From Candidatus Woesearchaeota archaeon (GTDB lineage: Archaea > Nanobdellota > Nanobdellia > SCGC-AAA011-G17 > JAPLZO01): a stretch of DNA of 38,584 nt. The first letter of the stretch is position 1. Every line of letters starts with the position of its first letter. Position numbers and translations under genes: made by a program. The stretch spans positions 1 to 38,584 of the forward strand of contig JAPLZO010000043.1 in assembly GCA_026394995.1 (NCBI GenBank), written 5' to 3'. The notes below the pieces were generated by a model. The model was not told where the DNA came from, ran no database searches, and saw only the letters and a program-made list of their open reading frames with translations. Below are positions 1 through 10,535 of this stretch, one piece after another.

Positions 1-1
1 A

Positions 2-247
2 GCTCTATCTTTTATATTTGCAATACAAGAGTATCAACCAGCATCATTTTACTTATTAGATGAAGTAGATGCAGCATTAGATAAAAGAAACTCAGAGATG
101 TTGTCTAGATTAATAAATAAATATGCACAAAAAGCTCAATATATTTTAATATCACATAATGATTCCATTATTTCAGAAGCCAATCAAATTTATGGTGTCA
201 GCATGCAACAAAATGGTGTTTCTAAAGTTGTTAGTCTAAAAATTTAA
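2..247 (+). CDS. smc: Chromosome segregation protein SMC, C-terminal fragment (truncated by window edge)
   Basis: Hand translation ALSFIFAIQEYQPASFYLLDEVDAALDKRNS...ILISHND...IYGVSMQQNGVSKVVSLKI*. Contains the Walker B/D-loop LLDEVDAALD and H-loop typical of the SMC C-terminal head. Not in the ORF track. Confidence 0.92.
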   Translation, partial: ALSFIFAIQEYQPASFYLLDEVDAALDKRNSEMLSRLINKYAQKAQYILISHNDSIISEANQIYGVSMQQNGVSKVVSLKI

Positions 248-1179
248 GGTAAAATTCTATATTTAGTATTACTCAATGTCCATTCACCAAATAATAAGAA
301 TAGTGCTAGTAGCATTAATAAAAATGATAGATTAAATGATAATTTTGTTTCTTTTGTTGTAGCCAAACTTTTAAAAACATCTTTTAGCTCTTCATTTGTT
401 ACAGCTCTATGATAACTACCTTGAGTTGTATCAGCAATATATTTTAAAGTATCTTCATCTAGATTAGATATTATATTCAATTCTTTTAAAAACTTACCAC
501 CTTCTTGTGTCCCAATACCAATAGTATGAATAACAATTTTTTCTTTACCTATACTTTTTAACGCTTCTTGAGGATTTATACCAATATTATTTTGACCATC
601 TGTTAATAATATTATTATTTTAGATCTTGTACCTGCTAACAATAAATTAGAACTAGTAATAATAGCTTCTCCAATTGCAGTTCCACCAGCAGTTTCAACT
701 TCTAAATTTTTAATAATATCTTTAGCATTACTTAAATCATCACTTAATTCTTGTTTTACAATTGGCACTCCAGAAAAAGATACTATTCCTACTCTAGAAT
801 TTCCTTTTAAAGAATCAATAAATAATAAAGCTGCATTTTTAGCTGCTTCTAACCTATTAGGTTGATAATCATCAGCCAACATACTACCAGATGCATCTAT
901 AGCTAAAACATAATCAAAATCACTTGCTTCTCCCTGATAATATAAAACAGGGCTAGTAACTGCTAATATAACCAATATTACTATAATTAATCTAACAATT
1001 AATTGCCCATAATTTCTAGGTAAAACTTTACCTCCTGTAACACGTTCTATAGCTTCATAATTAGCAAATCTTAATGCTCTTTTTCTTGTATGTTTTAATG
1101 TCCAAAAATGAGCCATTACCAAAATAGGTAAGCTTAATAAAAACCACAAATAAATTTTATCTGTAAAAATTAGCTCCAT
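244..1179 (-). CDS. VWA domain membrane protein (BatA-like)
   Basis: N-terminal BatA-like hydrophobic segments, MIDAS DASGSM, GGTAIGEA, LLTDG, and a C-terminal TM ending GEW. Confidence 0.9.
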   Translation of the reverse strand: MELIFTDKIYLWFLLSLPILVMAHFWTLKHTRKRALRFANYEAIERVTGGKVLPRNYGQLIVRLIIVILVILAVTSPVLYYQGEASDFDYVLAIDASGSMLADDYQPNRLEAAKNAALLFIDSLKGNSRVGIVSFSGVPIVKQELSDDLSNAKDIIKNLEVETAGGTAIGEAIITSSNLLLAGTRSKIIILLTDGQNNIGINPQEALKSIGKEKIVIHTIGIGTQEGGKFLKELNIISNLDEDTLKYIADTTQGSYHRAVTNEELKDVFKSLATTKETKLSFNLSFLLMLLALFLLFGEWTLSNTKYRILP

Positions 1180-2054
1180 CTTCTCTCTCTCAATCTAAAT
1201 AATCTTACTAATTCAGGTATAAAATCTTGGTCAGTTTCCAAAGCTAAAAAATCAATATCGCTTTTAATAAAAAAATTTTTTAAATAATCTTCTTGTTGCC
1301 TTACATAAGTTTCATATTGCTGTCTTATTTCTTTAGGATCAATTAATAATTGCCTACTAGACAAGCTATCTCCTAAAATAATTTCACCAACATTATCAGG
1401 CAAATGCCTATCTCGAGGGTCTCTTATCATTATACAAATAACATCAAATTTTTTAGATATAATTTTCATATGTTCTTCCCATTCTGGATCTAATTCAATA
1501 AAATCTGATATTATTATTACTAAAGATCTTTTCTTTAAAAATTTCATTACAAAATCAAGTGCAGAACTTAAATTGTAACCATCACCGTATAGACTTAAAT
1601 TTGATAATAATTTTAAAAATGCTTGAAATTGTCTTAACCCAGAACCTGGAGGTAAACTTCCACGTATTCTATCATTAAATAAAGCTAATCCTATATTATC
1701 ATTACTAGCTATTCCTACATATCCTAATGTAGCAACTAAATCATTAACATATTCATATTTTAATTTATCAATAGAACCAAATATCATTTTAGAACTAATA
1801 TCAACTAAAAAAAATATATTCAAATTTCTTTCTTCAACAAATTCCTTAACTAATAACTTATTAGATCTTGCACTTGCTTTCCAATCAATTAACCTTACAT
1901 CATCATTTGATGTATACTCTCTATAACCATCAAACTCCAAACCCCTACCTCTAAAAACACTCATATAATTCCCCAAAAAAATAGAATCAACTAATTTTCT
2001 TGTTATTATTTTTAATCTTTTAATTAGATTTGTGTCAACTTTTAATTCTTGCAT
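1170..2054 (-). CDS. DUF58 family protein (MoxR-associated)
   Basis: GRGLEFDGYREY...DVRLIDWKASAR...VKEFVEER motif, IISDF. Confidence 0.92.
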   Translation of the reverse strand: MQELKVDTNLIKRLKIITRKLVDSIFLGNYMSVFRGRGLEFDGYREYTSNDDVRLIDWKASARSNKLLVKEFVEERNLNIFFLVDISSKMIFGSIDKLKYEYVNDLVATLGYVGIASNDNIGLALFNDRIRGSLPPGSGLRQFQAFLKLLSNLSLYGDGYNLSSALDFVMKFLKKRSLVIIISDFIELDPEWEEHMKIISKKFDVICIMIRDPRDRHLPDNVGEIILGDSLSSRQLLIDPKEIRQQYETYVRQQEDYLKNFFIKSDIDFLALETDQDFIPELVRLFRLRERRWS

Positions 2055-2055
2055 T

Positions 2056-3045
2056 TTATGGAATTGGTATTTTTGATAAAATTTCAGAAATTATCATATC
2101 TGATGTTATACCTTCAACCTGTCCTTCATAATTTAATAATATCCTATGTCTTAAAACTTCATGAGCAATTTCTTTAACATCTTGAGGTGTAACATAAAAT
2201 CTACCTTTTAATATTGCATTAGCTTTACTACCTATATATAAACCAATAGATGCTCTTGGACTACCACCCCAACTTATGTATTTACCATACTTCAAATTAT
2301 ATTCATTTGGTCTTCTTGTAACATTAATCAGTTTTACTATATACTCTTTAATATCATCATTAACATAAACCTTTTTAACAAAATTTTGCATTTCAATTAT
2401 TTTTTTCCCAGAAATTACTTCTTTTAGATTATAATCTTCAAAATCCTTTATTGTAATATTTTTTTCTAAAATATCTTTTTCTTCTTTTTCTTTAGGATAA
2501 TCAATTAATAATTTAAATAAAAATCTATCAAGTTGGGCTTCTGGTAAAGAATAAACTCCTAGTGTCTCAATTGGGTTTAATGTAGCTAATACGAAAAATG
2601 GTTTTGGTAGTATCATAGTTTTACCACCTATTGTAACCTGTCTTTCTTGCATTGATTCAATTAAAGCTGATTGTACTTTCTGAGGACTTCTGTTAATTTC
2701 ATCAGCTAATATAAAATTAGTAAATATTGGTCCCTTAATAATAGAAAATCCTTTTTCTTTTGTATAAATAGTCATACCTAGAATATCTGTTGGTAATAAG
2801 TCTACTGTAAACTGTATTCTTTTGAAATCACAACCACTAATAGTAGCCAATGACTTGATTATTAAAGTTTTAGCTAATCCAGGAATACCCTCAACCAAAA
2901 CATGGCCCTTTGATAACATAGCTCTTAATAACCCATCTATAACAGATTCTTGTCCAACTATAACTTTAGACATCTCTTTTTTAAAATTATTAAGAATTTC
3001 TCTATATTCATCTATCTTTATCTTCGCCTCTTTATCCCCATGCAT
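2056..3045 (-). CDS. MoxR family AAA+ ATPase
   Basis: HVLVEGIPGLAKT, RIQFTVDLLPTDI, LADEINR, LPEAQLDRF, GGSPRAS, VLRHRI. Confidence 0.95.
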   Translation of the reverse strand: MHGDKEAKIKIDEYREILNNFKKEMSKVIVGQESVIDGLLRAMLSKGHVLVEGIPGLAKTLIIKSLATISGCDFKRIQFTVDLLPTDILGMTIYTKEKGFSIIKGPIFTNFILADEINRSPQKVQSALIESMQERQVTIGGKTMILPKPFFVLATLNPIETLGVYSLPEAQLDRFLFKLLIDYPKEKEEKDILEKNITIKDFEDYNLKEVISGKKIIEMQNFVKKVYVNDDIKEYIVKLINVTRRPNEYNLKYGKYISWGGSPRASIGLYIGSKANAILKGRFYVTPQDVKEIAHEVLRHRILLNYEGQVEGITSDMIISEILSKIPIP

Positions 3046-3133
3046 ATTTAGAATATAAAATTAACCTATATATATATTTTACTACCATCTAAGAACGGAA
3101 AGTTTTATATAGTAGCTATACTTAATGCTCCGT

Positions 3134-3289
3134 ATGACTACCCACAATATAAAGAAGGGTAACATTAAATTAACGCTTTCTATAGATAAAAAAATTCTTT
3201 CTGATTTCAAAAAATATTGTGAAGAAGAAGGCATCATAATTTCCAAACAGATAGAAAAATTCATGAGGTCAAAGCTTAATGAAAAATAA
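3134..3289 (+). CDS. Small ribbon-helix-helix (CopG-like) DNA-binding protein
   Basis: Not in ORF track. MTTHNIKKGNIKLTLSIDKKILSDFKKYCEEEGIIISKQIEKFMRSKLNEK*: alternating beta-strand, helix, G-x-x-x-S turn, helix. TATA-like TTTTATATA at about 3103-3111. Alternative in-frame ATG at 3125. Confidence 0.75.
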   Translation: MTTHNIKKGNIKLTLSIDKKILSDFKKYCEEEGIIISKQIEKFMRSKLNEK

Positions 3290-4757
3290 CATTAAGTTCA
3301 GAATAGCTGTAATAATGTTTTTAGTACTTTTAGCTATTTTAATACCTAAATTGATATATGCTCAAGAAGAACCATCTGACACAATTAAGGTATCATTTCA
3401 TTATTTAGGTCAAAATATTTCAACAGAAATTGACTTAAAGAGATTCTTTGCAGCAACAAAATTAGAAAAGATATATTATGATTATGAGCCTAATGATAAT
3501 ATTATTATATCTATTGATCAAGACACAGGTGTAGCAACTTTATTGCCTAAACCTGGTTTTAAGGGTACAGAAATAGTTACATTTAAAGCTAAAAATGCAG
3601 AAACTATGAAGACAAATAGAACAAGGTCTCAATTTGAAGAAGGCACTAAAAAATCAGGTTTTGAAGAATTTAAAAAGAATATACTAAAAAATCTAAAATT
3701 AGATCCTATATTAAAAAGAGTAGATGATTTCTTAGATATAATTGACCAAAAAACATCTGGAATATTATTACCAATACGAGCATCTTTAAAAAAAGATAAT
3801 CTAGAAGTAAATATAGCAAATCAAGTTTTCTTAAGATTTAATAAGAATGGTACAAATCCACAATTCTCTATAAAGATTAACACATTAACAGTTCCCTTAA
3901 ATGAAACCTTAACAGCAACATGTTCAGATGGTGTTCAAAATCAAGATGAAAAAGGTGTTGATTGTGGTGGTCCATGTGAAACACAATGTACAAATGAAGA
4001 GCCTAAAAATATTGAAACTCCTAAAAAAGATTATTTACCAATTATATTTTTCACTTTATTAATTGTATTAGTAATAATTGCATTAACAGTATTATCCATC
4101 AAAAGTGAAAAAATTAAGTCTATATTCAAAGAAAAATTTAGATTTAAAAAATATAAGGTTTCAAAATCAGTGAATATAAAGGATATACCTCAGGTTAGTG
4201 AAGGAAAAATTGATCTTAAAAAATTATTTGGAATTGAATTAATACAGAGAATTGATTACTTAGATACAATAAAATCAAAAATGTCAAATAAAGAATTAAT
4301 AAAAGAATTATCTAAGATTATGAAATATTTCCTTGGAAAATTCTTTAATATTAGATATCAGTTTACATTAGATGAATTAAGAAATGAATTGGATGGAATT
4401 AAAATAAAAAATAAAGAGGGTATTATATTATTACTAGAAGATTTATCAGAAATAGAATATAGTCCAAAAGAGCCAGAAATTAAAACAGTATTAGATTTAA
4501 CGCAAAGATCTAAGAATATAATAGGTGAACTATCCAATTTAACACCTATAAAAATAAAAGAGATAAAACCTATGACACCAATAAAAGTAAAGGAACATTA
4601 CATAACACCTCATATAAAGGAACCTAAGATATTACAACAAAAAGAATTTGAAGAAAATTTCCATAAACAAGTTTCTAGCATATACCAGCATATAAAAGAG
4701 AAGAACTATGATCAAGCATTAACACGTTATCAACAATTACATAAAAAGAAAAATTAA
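3279..4757 (+). CDS. Single-pass membrane protein with signal peptide and Cys-rich CSDGVQNQDEKGVDCGGPC motif
   Basis: N-terminal signal, extracellular region, CxDGxxNxxExxxDCGGxC motif just before a TM helix, helical cytoplasmic tail. Confidence 0.7.
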   Translation: MKNNIKFRIAVIMFLVLLAILIPKLIYAQEEPSDTIKVSFHYLGQNISTEIDLKRFFAATKLEKIYYDYEPNDNIIISIDQDTGVATLLPKPGFKGTEIVTFKAKNAETMKTNRTRSQFEEGTKKSGFEEFKKNILKNLKLDPILKRVDDFLDIIDQKTSGILLPIRASLKKDNLEVNIANQVFLRFNKNGTNPQFSIKINTLTVPLNETLTATCSDGVQNQDEKGVDCGGPCETQCTNEEPKNIETPKKDYLPIIFFTLLIVLVIIALTVLSIKSEKIKSIFKEKFRFKKYKVSKSVNIKDIPQVSEGKIDLKKLFGIELIQRIDYLDTIKSKMSNKELIKELSKIMKYFLGKFFNIRYQFTLDELRNELDGIKIKNKEGIILLLEDLSEIEYSPKEPEIKTVLDLTQRSKNIIGELSNLTPIKIKEIKPMTPIKVKEHYITPHIKEPKILQQKEFEENFHKQVSSIYQHIKEKNYDQALTRYQQLHKKKN

Positions 4758-7700
4758 GGTTTATATATGTCTTGTTGAGCTTTTTTATGTAAAGCTAATA
4801 TTTGATGATAAATTTTCCTTTTATCTTTATTATTTAATTTATCATATAAGCTCATAATATCATTATATAATACTTCAGCACCTCTAAAGTCTCTTGTATT
4901 AATTAGATATTCCAATCTAGGTAATAAATTGTTTATTTGTTCTAATTCATCATATCTTGATTGAACCTCTCTTAATGAAATCTTACCTTCTTTTATAATA
5001 GGCTCTTCTTTATGTACTGTCTTATATATCCTATAACTAATAAAAATAATAAATAATACTAATATCCCAATTATTCCAATTAACCACCAATTTAATTGAG
5101 ATTTCTCAATTTTTTCTTTCTTTGCTAATAAATCTTTACAAGATTGTAAAGCTAAATCAATAGTACTCGAAGCTTCAGCATATTTTTTATTGTAGAAATA
5201 GTCTTCAGCTTGTACAATCATATCATTAAATACACTACATTCTTTATTTTTATTAAAGAATTCTTTAGTAAGATCAATTTTAGATTTTATAACAGATTCT
5301 TGTATTAATAACTCTAAAACAACATCTAAATATAAAGTTGTATATTTACTCAATCTAGGATCATCAACCTTAGCCATTACTTTAATTGTATATCTACCCT
5401 GAGATAATTCATAAGAACTTAAAGTTAAATCTAGGTTCTCATATTGACCCGCTCTCAAAAATGGTATTTTATCTTCACTAAGTTTCATACTTAAATTCTG
5501 GGCATTACTTTCAGTGCTCATGCTAATACCCGTTAAATCGACATCACCATTATTTCTTATAGTAATGGGTACTATAGTAGTATCTGTTGATAATATTGAT
5601 ATAATAGAAGGTACTATTATTTCCAAAGATGCTATTCTTTCTCTTACTTTTCTACCTCCACCACCTCCTCCACCACCAGAACTAGGACTACTAATAGTAG
5701 GTACTGTATAATTAACAGTCAAATTCCAAGTTCTAGAATAACCTTCTCTACTTATATTATCAGTACAATTAACACTCCAATTATAAACACTATTTGGTAA
5801 TGTCACATTAAATGTTTGATTAATAATTCTTGTTAAGTTATAACTTGTAACATTTATATTATTGTTTATAATTAAACTACAATTATTGATACTATTATTC
5901 ACATTACTAGTAACATTATATGTAAAGTTAACCGAATTAGATATAGACCATACAGAATCATTAAATGGATGTATCAATTGAACTATAGGTTTTCCAAGAC
6001 TAACATTAAAAGTCCAATTTTCAGGATAAAAATTAAATGCTTTAGCAGTATCATATACTCTACAATTCCATTTTACATCAACACCCTCAGCTATATCAGT
6101 AACAGTATATGTGCTCTCATTATTAATACCACTAAAATTAACCGAGTATTTTGGACCCCACACACCATCTAAATCATTATAAAATGTTATATTAAATAAA
6201 TCTCCATCTACATCATTTGCACTACAATTGAATATAACAGTACCATCATCATCTGTACTTGCATTAGCAGGACTGTTTAGAGTAACATTTGGAAGTACAT
6301 TTGTTATATTAAACCAAATAGTATAATTAGTAGCATCTATTCCATCAGATGCTTGTATTGTACAATTAGCATCAAAAATATTACTATAATTATATTGTGC
6401 AGGTGTAAAATCTAAATGGTTACCATCAGCATTAATCCCACAATTAACTCTATTAATATTTTTATCTACAACACTATAAATTAAATCAGTACTCTTATTT
6501 TCTACATCTCTAGCATAATCACTTAAATTATAAGTACTATTAAGACCTAAATCATGTAATGCTGTTATATTAAATGCTAACCAATATGGTGCATCATTTA
6601 CACTTAAAACATCTATTGTAATATTAATTAATCCACCTGCTTCTGTATCATTTACTCTTATTGTACAATTAACACTTCCTGTAAAATTAGCATAAGGTGT
6701 TAATGTTAAATTACCACTTGTTATATTAGTTGTACCACAATCTACTGCTGATAAATTTTCTTCTACTATTTCAAAGTATAAAAGATCATGTTCTATATCA
6801 TATGCATATCTCTTTAATGTGACATTAGTTATATTTAATGGTTCATCTTCCCAGATTGTTTGATTAGCTATAGTATGGTTCCACCAAGGTAAATCATTAA
6901 CAGGTGTTATATTAAATGTTATATTTTGAGATGCTTTAGCACCAGCTGTATCTGTTAATGTAAAATTAATAGTTGTTTCTCCAGATTGGTTAGCAGCTGG
7001 TTCAAATGTTACAACATCTGTTGAATTATCTATTGTAATTGTAACAAGAGATAAATTATAACCAGTAGTTGTCCAATTAAGAGCTTGTCTATTAGTTAGA
7101 TTATTATTCATATCCTCTACATCATGAGCATAATCTGTTAAGTTTAAAGTTAAGATAGTATCTTCAAGTGTTGTCTGATTAGGTATTATTGGATGTATCC
7201 AAGGAATTTGATTTATCCATAAAACATCTATTGTAACATTAATTAATCCACCTGCTTCTGTATCATTTACTCTTATTGTACAATTAACACTTCCTGTAAA
7301 ATTACCTGCTGGTAATAAAGTTAAATTATTTCCACTAACACCACAATCAACTGCACTTAGATTTTCTTCCATAATTTCAAAATACAACGTATTTCTTTCT
7401 ACATCACCAGCATAATTTCTTAAATCTAAAGAAATATTTAATGGTTCATTCTCCCAAATCGTCCTATTTTGTATTGTTGCATTCCACCATGGTAAATCAT
7501 TAACAGGTGTTACATTTACAGTTGTAACACCTGTTCCATTATTAAAACTTGTATCTGTTATATTAACTCTAACATTTGATATTCCACTCATATTAGCAGC
7601 AGGCATACCACAATCAACATATCTATTTCCATTAATAGAACAATTTATTAAACTTGAATTACTTTGGTAACCTATTGAATAATTCAATTGAGAAGCATTA

Positions 7701-10207
7701 TTTTTATCATCAACTATATATGCCCATAAATCTATCCAATTAGAAGAAGGCATAGTATCTTCAGCAACAGTATTATTTGGTAAAGTTGTAAAATAAGGAA
7801 TTTGATTTAATATTGTTTTATTTCCAGTTAAAACATTTGTATTTCCACTTGTATCATTAACAGTTATCCTATAATATAATATATCTCCTATATTTAATGT
7901 TAATCCTGTATAACTATGTAAGTTTGTACCATCATTAACAATATTTGTATAATTAGATCCAGGATTACTATAATCACTTAAATTATTGCCTAGTTCATAT
8001 TTTATTACATTAGGATAATCATCATTAACATATGCTCCTATTCTAACAATGCTATCAGCATCACTAACATTTTTACCACTACCATCATCCAAAAAGTCAT
8101 TTGTTAATACAGGTGGTTTATTATCAATTGTAAATAATGATGAAGTTCCATATGCTCCTACATTTACACTATCATTTGCTCTGAATCTAAATTTAATGCT
8201 AGAACTTACAATTTCACTCAAATCTGTTTTAGAACTCCAAGTCAAATTATAATTAATTCCAGTATCATTAGAATTAATATTATTTTTGCTACCATAAACA
8301 TTATTAGCAGTATACCATGAACTACCTCCATCATTAGAATACTGAATATTAGTTAAATTACATGTATCATTTTGAGCATCTGTTAATGTATAACCTATAG
8401 TTATATTACCACTACTATCCATATTTTGGCTAGCACTATTTATTGTAATTGAAGGAGACTCAGATCCTAGAGTATAGGTTACTTCTAATTTTGGTCTTAG
8501 ATGTGTTGTTCCATAATCACTTGAATAGAAATATTTACCATTAATAACACTTTCATCATCAGCTATTAATATAACACCATAATTATCATAAAGTTTAGTG
8601 TGATTACCAGCACCTAAATTCCTTACTAAAGTTGTTATATCCCATTCTACATAAGCATTATCAGCTACTGCATTTAATTGAGTTCTTGCTGATATAGTCT
8701 CATTATAATCTCCTCCTGCTGTAATCCATTGATTTAAACCAGAATTACTATTATGAGAATATTGATTCCAAGTTGCTCCATCACTAACAGCAACTATACT
8801 TACATTTGTATCACTACCCTCAGTCCATGATTGATTTAGTCTATAAACACTTACATTACTTAAAGTATTACCATCTTGATCATAATAATATAATTTTAAC
8901 AATGCTTGTGAAACACTGGCTGTATTTGGTAAACTAGACAAATCAAATTGTATTAAGGACCTATATGTCCTTGTACCATCATTACCAATATATAAGAAAG
9001 TTGCACCACCAGAATTACCATTAGTATAACCATCACTAGATATTATCGTATCTTTACCACCAGCAGAACTCCAAGGATCATCTAATGTATCTGTTGGATC
9101 TATTACAATTGGATATTTTTTATCTTTTAACCATTCTCCAGGAATTTTTAAAATCAAATAAATTTTAGAGTTATTTAACAAAATGGTATAATTTAATTTT
9201 ATTATTTCATTATTTGCATCTTTTGCATAAGGTTCTTTTATATAAAATAATGTTTCTTTGTTTTTATTCAAAAAGTCTATTTCATTACTTTCTATATATC
9301 TTATATTTTTATTATCTAAACTACTAAATTGTTTACTATTTAGACTTAATTCTTTATAGCTCTTACCTAATCTTTCATATCTTTTTTTACTATTTTGTAC
9401 AGTAAATTCTTTATTTGTACTACTTTTTTCTACACTATTATCATCATAATTTATTAAAGCATCATAAACAACAATATTTTGCCAATCGGGTATCTCAATA
9501 ATACCCTCTATAACTAAAGAATCATTAACTTCTATTGGATTTTTTATTATAAAATTTTCTTTTAATTGTTTTAATTGTGCTTCATACTCTAGATCAACAT
9601 TATCAAAAATATTATAATAACTTACTTTTGTATTATCAACAACACCACTAGCATCATTTACACTTAAGGTTTCATTATCTAAAAATAAATTTGTTGGTTT
9701 ATATGTTAAATAGTTTTCATAAGCCTGAAATTTAATACCATTTTTAATATTATCAGAAAAATAAGCTTTATACAATCCGTTATCAATTGAATATTCATTT
9801 GTATTTTCTCTTTTAATTACATTTTCTACAGCTTTCATGTTATTTTCTTTAGAAAACATAGGAGCAGCGTTTACAATTGCTGTTTGTGTACCATCAGAAT
9901 TATTAATAAATTGGGTATTTACACTCCTCATATTTACTAATTCAGTACTTTTTTGTAATGTAACAAAGCCTGTATAACTTTCATTTCCAACATAATACAA
10001 TGTAGTAATAGATAACAACACAAAAAAAATGAAAAGTATTAATTCATAATTTATTTTTTTGTTATTTTTATTCTTTCTAGAAGCTTTTTCTTTTTTTACC
10101 TTACCAACATATAGATTTTTAATATTTCCATTACTATCTCTAATGCTCTGGTAATAATAAGGACCGTACTTCTTCCCCCCTCTTTTTATGTATTTTACAT
10201 AAACCAA
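4754..10207 (-). CDS. Giant cell-surface protein (1817 aa): basic N-terminal module, TM, DNRLRE-like domain, cadherin/Ig-like repeats, Gly linker, CARDB-like domain, C-terminal TM
   Basis: TTG start after GGGGTGAGGG. YPIVIDPT precedes a DT-x-I...RSLIQFDLSSLP...RPKLEVTY domain. Repeated VTPVNDLPWW/NQIP..ED units, many N-x-S/T sequons, SSGGGGGGGGR, second TM near the C-terminus. Confidence 0.8.
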   Translation of the reverse strand: MVYVKYIKRGGKKYGPYYYQSIRDSNGNIKNLYVGKVKKEKASRKNKNNKKINYELILFIFFVLLSITTLYYVGNESYTGFVTLQKSTELVNMRSVNTQFINNSDGTQTAIVNAAPMFSKENNMKAVENVIKRENTNEYSIDNGLYKAYFSDNIKNGIKFQAYENYLTYKPTNLFLDNETLSVNDASGVVDNTKVSYYNIFDNVDLEYEAQLKQLKENFIIKNPIEVNDSLVIEGIIEIPDWQNIVVYDALINYDDNSVEKSSTNKEFTVQNSKKRYERLGKSYKELSLNSKQFSSLDNKNIRYIESNEIDFLNKNKETLFYIKEPYAKDANNEIIKLNYTILLNNSKIYLILKIPGEWLKDKKYPIVIDPTDTLDDPWSSAGGKDTIISSDGYTNGNSGGATFLYIGNDGTRTYRSLIQFDLSSLPNTASVSQALLKLYYYDQDGNTLSNVSVYRLNQSWTEGSDTNVSIVAVSDGATWNQYSHNSNSGLNQWITAGGDYNETISARTQLNAVADNAYVEWDITTLVRNLGAGNHTKLYDNYGVILIADDESVINGKYFYSSDYGTTHLRPKLEVTYTLGSESPSITINSASQNMDSSGNITIGYTLTDAQNDTCNLTNIQYSNDGGSSWYTANNVYGSKNNINSNDTGINYNLTWSSKTDLSEIVSSSIKFRFRANDSVNVGAYGTSSLFTIDNKPPVLTNDFLDDGSGKNVSDADSIVRIGAYVNDDYPNVIKYELGNNLSDYSNPGSNYTNIVNDGTNLHSYTGLTLNIGDILYYRITVNDTSGNTNVLTGNKTILNQIPYFTTLPNNTVAEDTMPSSNWIDLWAYIVDDKNNASQLNYSIGYQSNSSLINCSINGNRYVDCGMPAANMSGISNVRVNITDTSFNNGTGVTTVNVTPVNDLPWWNATIQNRTIWENEPLNISLDLRNYAGDVERNTLYFEIMEENLSAVDCGVSGNNLTLLPAGNFTGSVNCTIRVNDTEAGGLINVTIDVLWINQIPWIHPIIPNQTTLEDTILTLNLTDYAHDVEDMNNNLTNRQALNWTTTGYNLSLVTITIDNSTDVVTFEPAANQSGETTINFTLTDTAGAKASQNITFNITPVNDLPWWNHTIANQTIWEDEPLNITNVTLKRYAYDIEHDLLYFEIVEENLSAVDCGTTNITSGNLTLTPYANFTGSVNCTIRVNDTEAGGLINITIDVLSVNDAPYWLAFNITALHDLGLNSTYNLSDYARDVENKSTDLIYSVVDKNINRVNCGINADGNHLDFTPAQYNYSNIFDANCTIQASDGIDATNYTIWFNITNVLPNVTLNSPANASTDDDGTVIFNCSANDVDGDLFNITFYNDLDGVWGPKYSVNFSGINNESTYTVTDIAEGVDVKWNCRVYDTAKAFNFYPENWTFNVSLGKPIVQLIHPFNDSVWSISNSVNFTYNVTSNVNNSINNCSLIINNNINVTSYNLTRIINQTFNVTLPNSVYNWSVNCTDNISREGYSRTWNLTVNYTVPTISSPSSGGGGGGGGRKVRERIASLEIIVPSIISILSTDTTIVPITIRNNGDVDLTGISMSTESNAQNLSMKLSEDKIPFLRAGQYENLDLTLSSYELSQGRYTIKVMAKVDDPRLSKYTTLYLDVVLELLIQESVIKSKIDLTKEFFNKNKECSVFNDMIVQAEDYFYNKKYAEASSTIDLALQSCKDLLAKKEKIEKSQLNWWLIGIIGILVLFIIFISYRIYKTVHKEEPIIKEGKISLREVQSRYDELEQINNLLPRLEYLINTRDFRGAEVLYNDIMSLYDKLNNKDKRKIYHQILALHKKAQQDIYKP
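6605..7304. repeat. Near-identical 85-bp direct repeat inside the giant surface gene (6605-6689 and 7220-7304)
   Basis: 84/85 identical by eye, offset 615 bp. Encodes NFTGSVNCTIRVNDTEAGGLIN(I/V)TIDVL. Confidence 0.9.
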
Positions 10208-10218
10208 ACCCTCACCCC

Positions 10219-10279
10219 TTTGTAAGGTAACAAAAAATGTAAGATAATTATTTACATAACAAAAATCATTGTAAGGTAA
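10219..10279. promoter_or_regulatory. Candidate operator array TGTAAG(G/A)TAA x3 upstream of the giant surface gene
   Basis: TGTAAGGTAA 10221-10230, TGTAAGATAA 10238-10247, TGTAAGGTAA 10270-10279, plus inverted half TTATTTACA 10248-10256. Confidence 0.5.
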
Positions 10280-10535
10280 TTTATATAGTTTTCTCTAATA
10301 TAAAATCACTTTCACTAACAATTGATGATAACAAAAAATAGTATTAAAAACATTAAGTTTTAACATTAATTATATTTCTTAAAATCATATAAATAAAATA
10401 CTAAAAACTAATATAACAAATTTAACTAATTTTCAAGTAGTCCAACCAGAGAAAGATATATAAATCTGATTGCACTACAAAAATAAATAATATTTATGGG
10501 GAAGTTTCTATTAAATAAAAAGAAGGTGGTTTTGT

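Noticed and set aside
10175..10180. G6 tract as a phase-variation switch
   Set aside because: Only six bases, explained by Gly-Gly codons.
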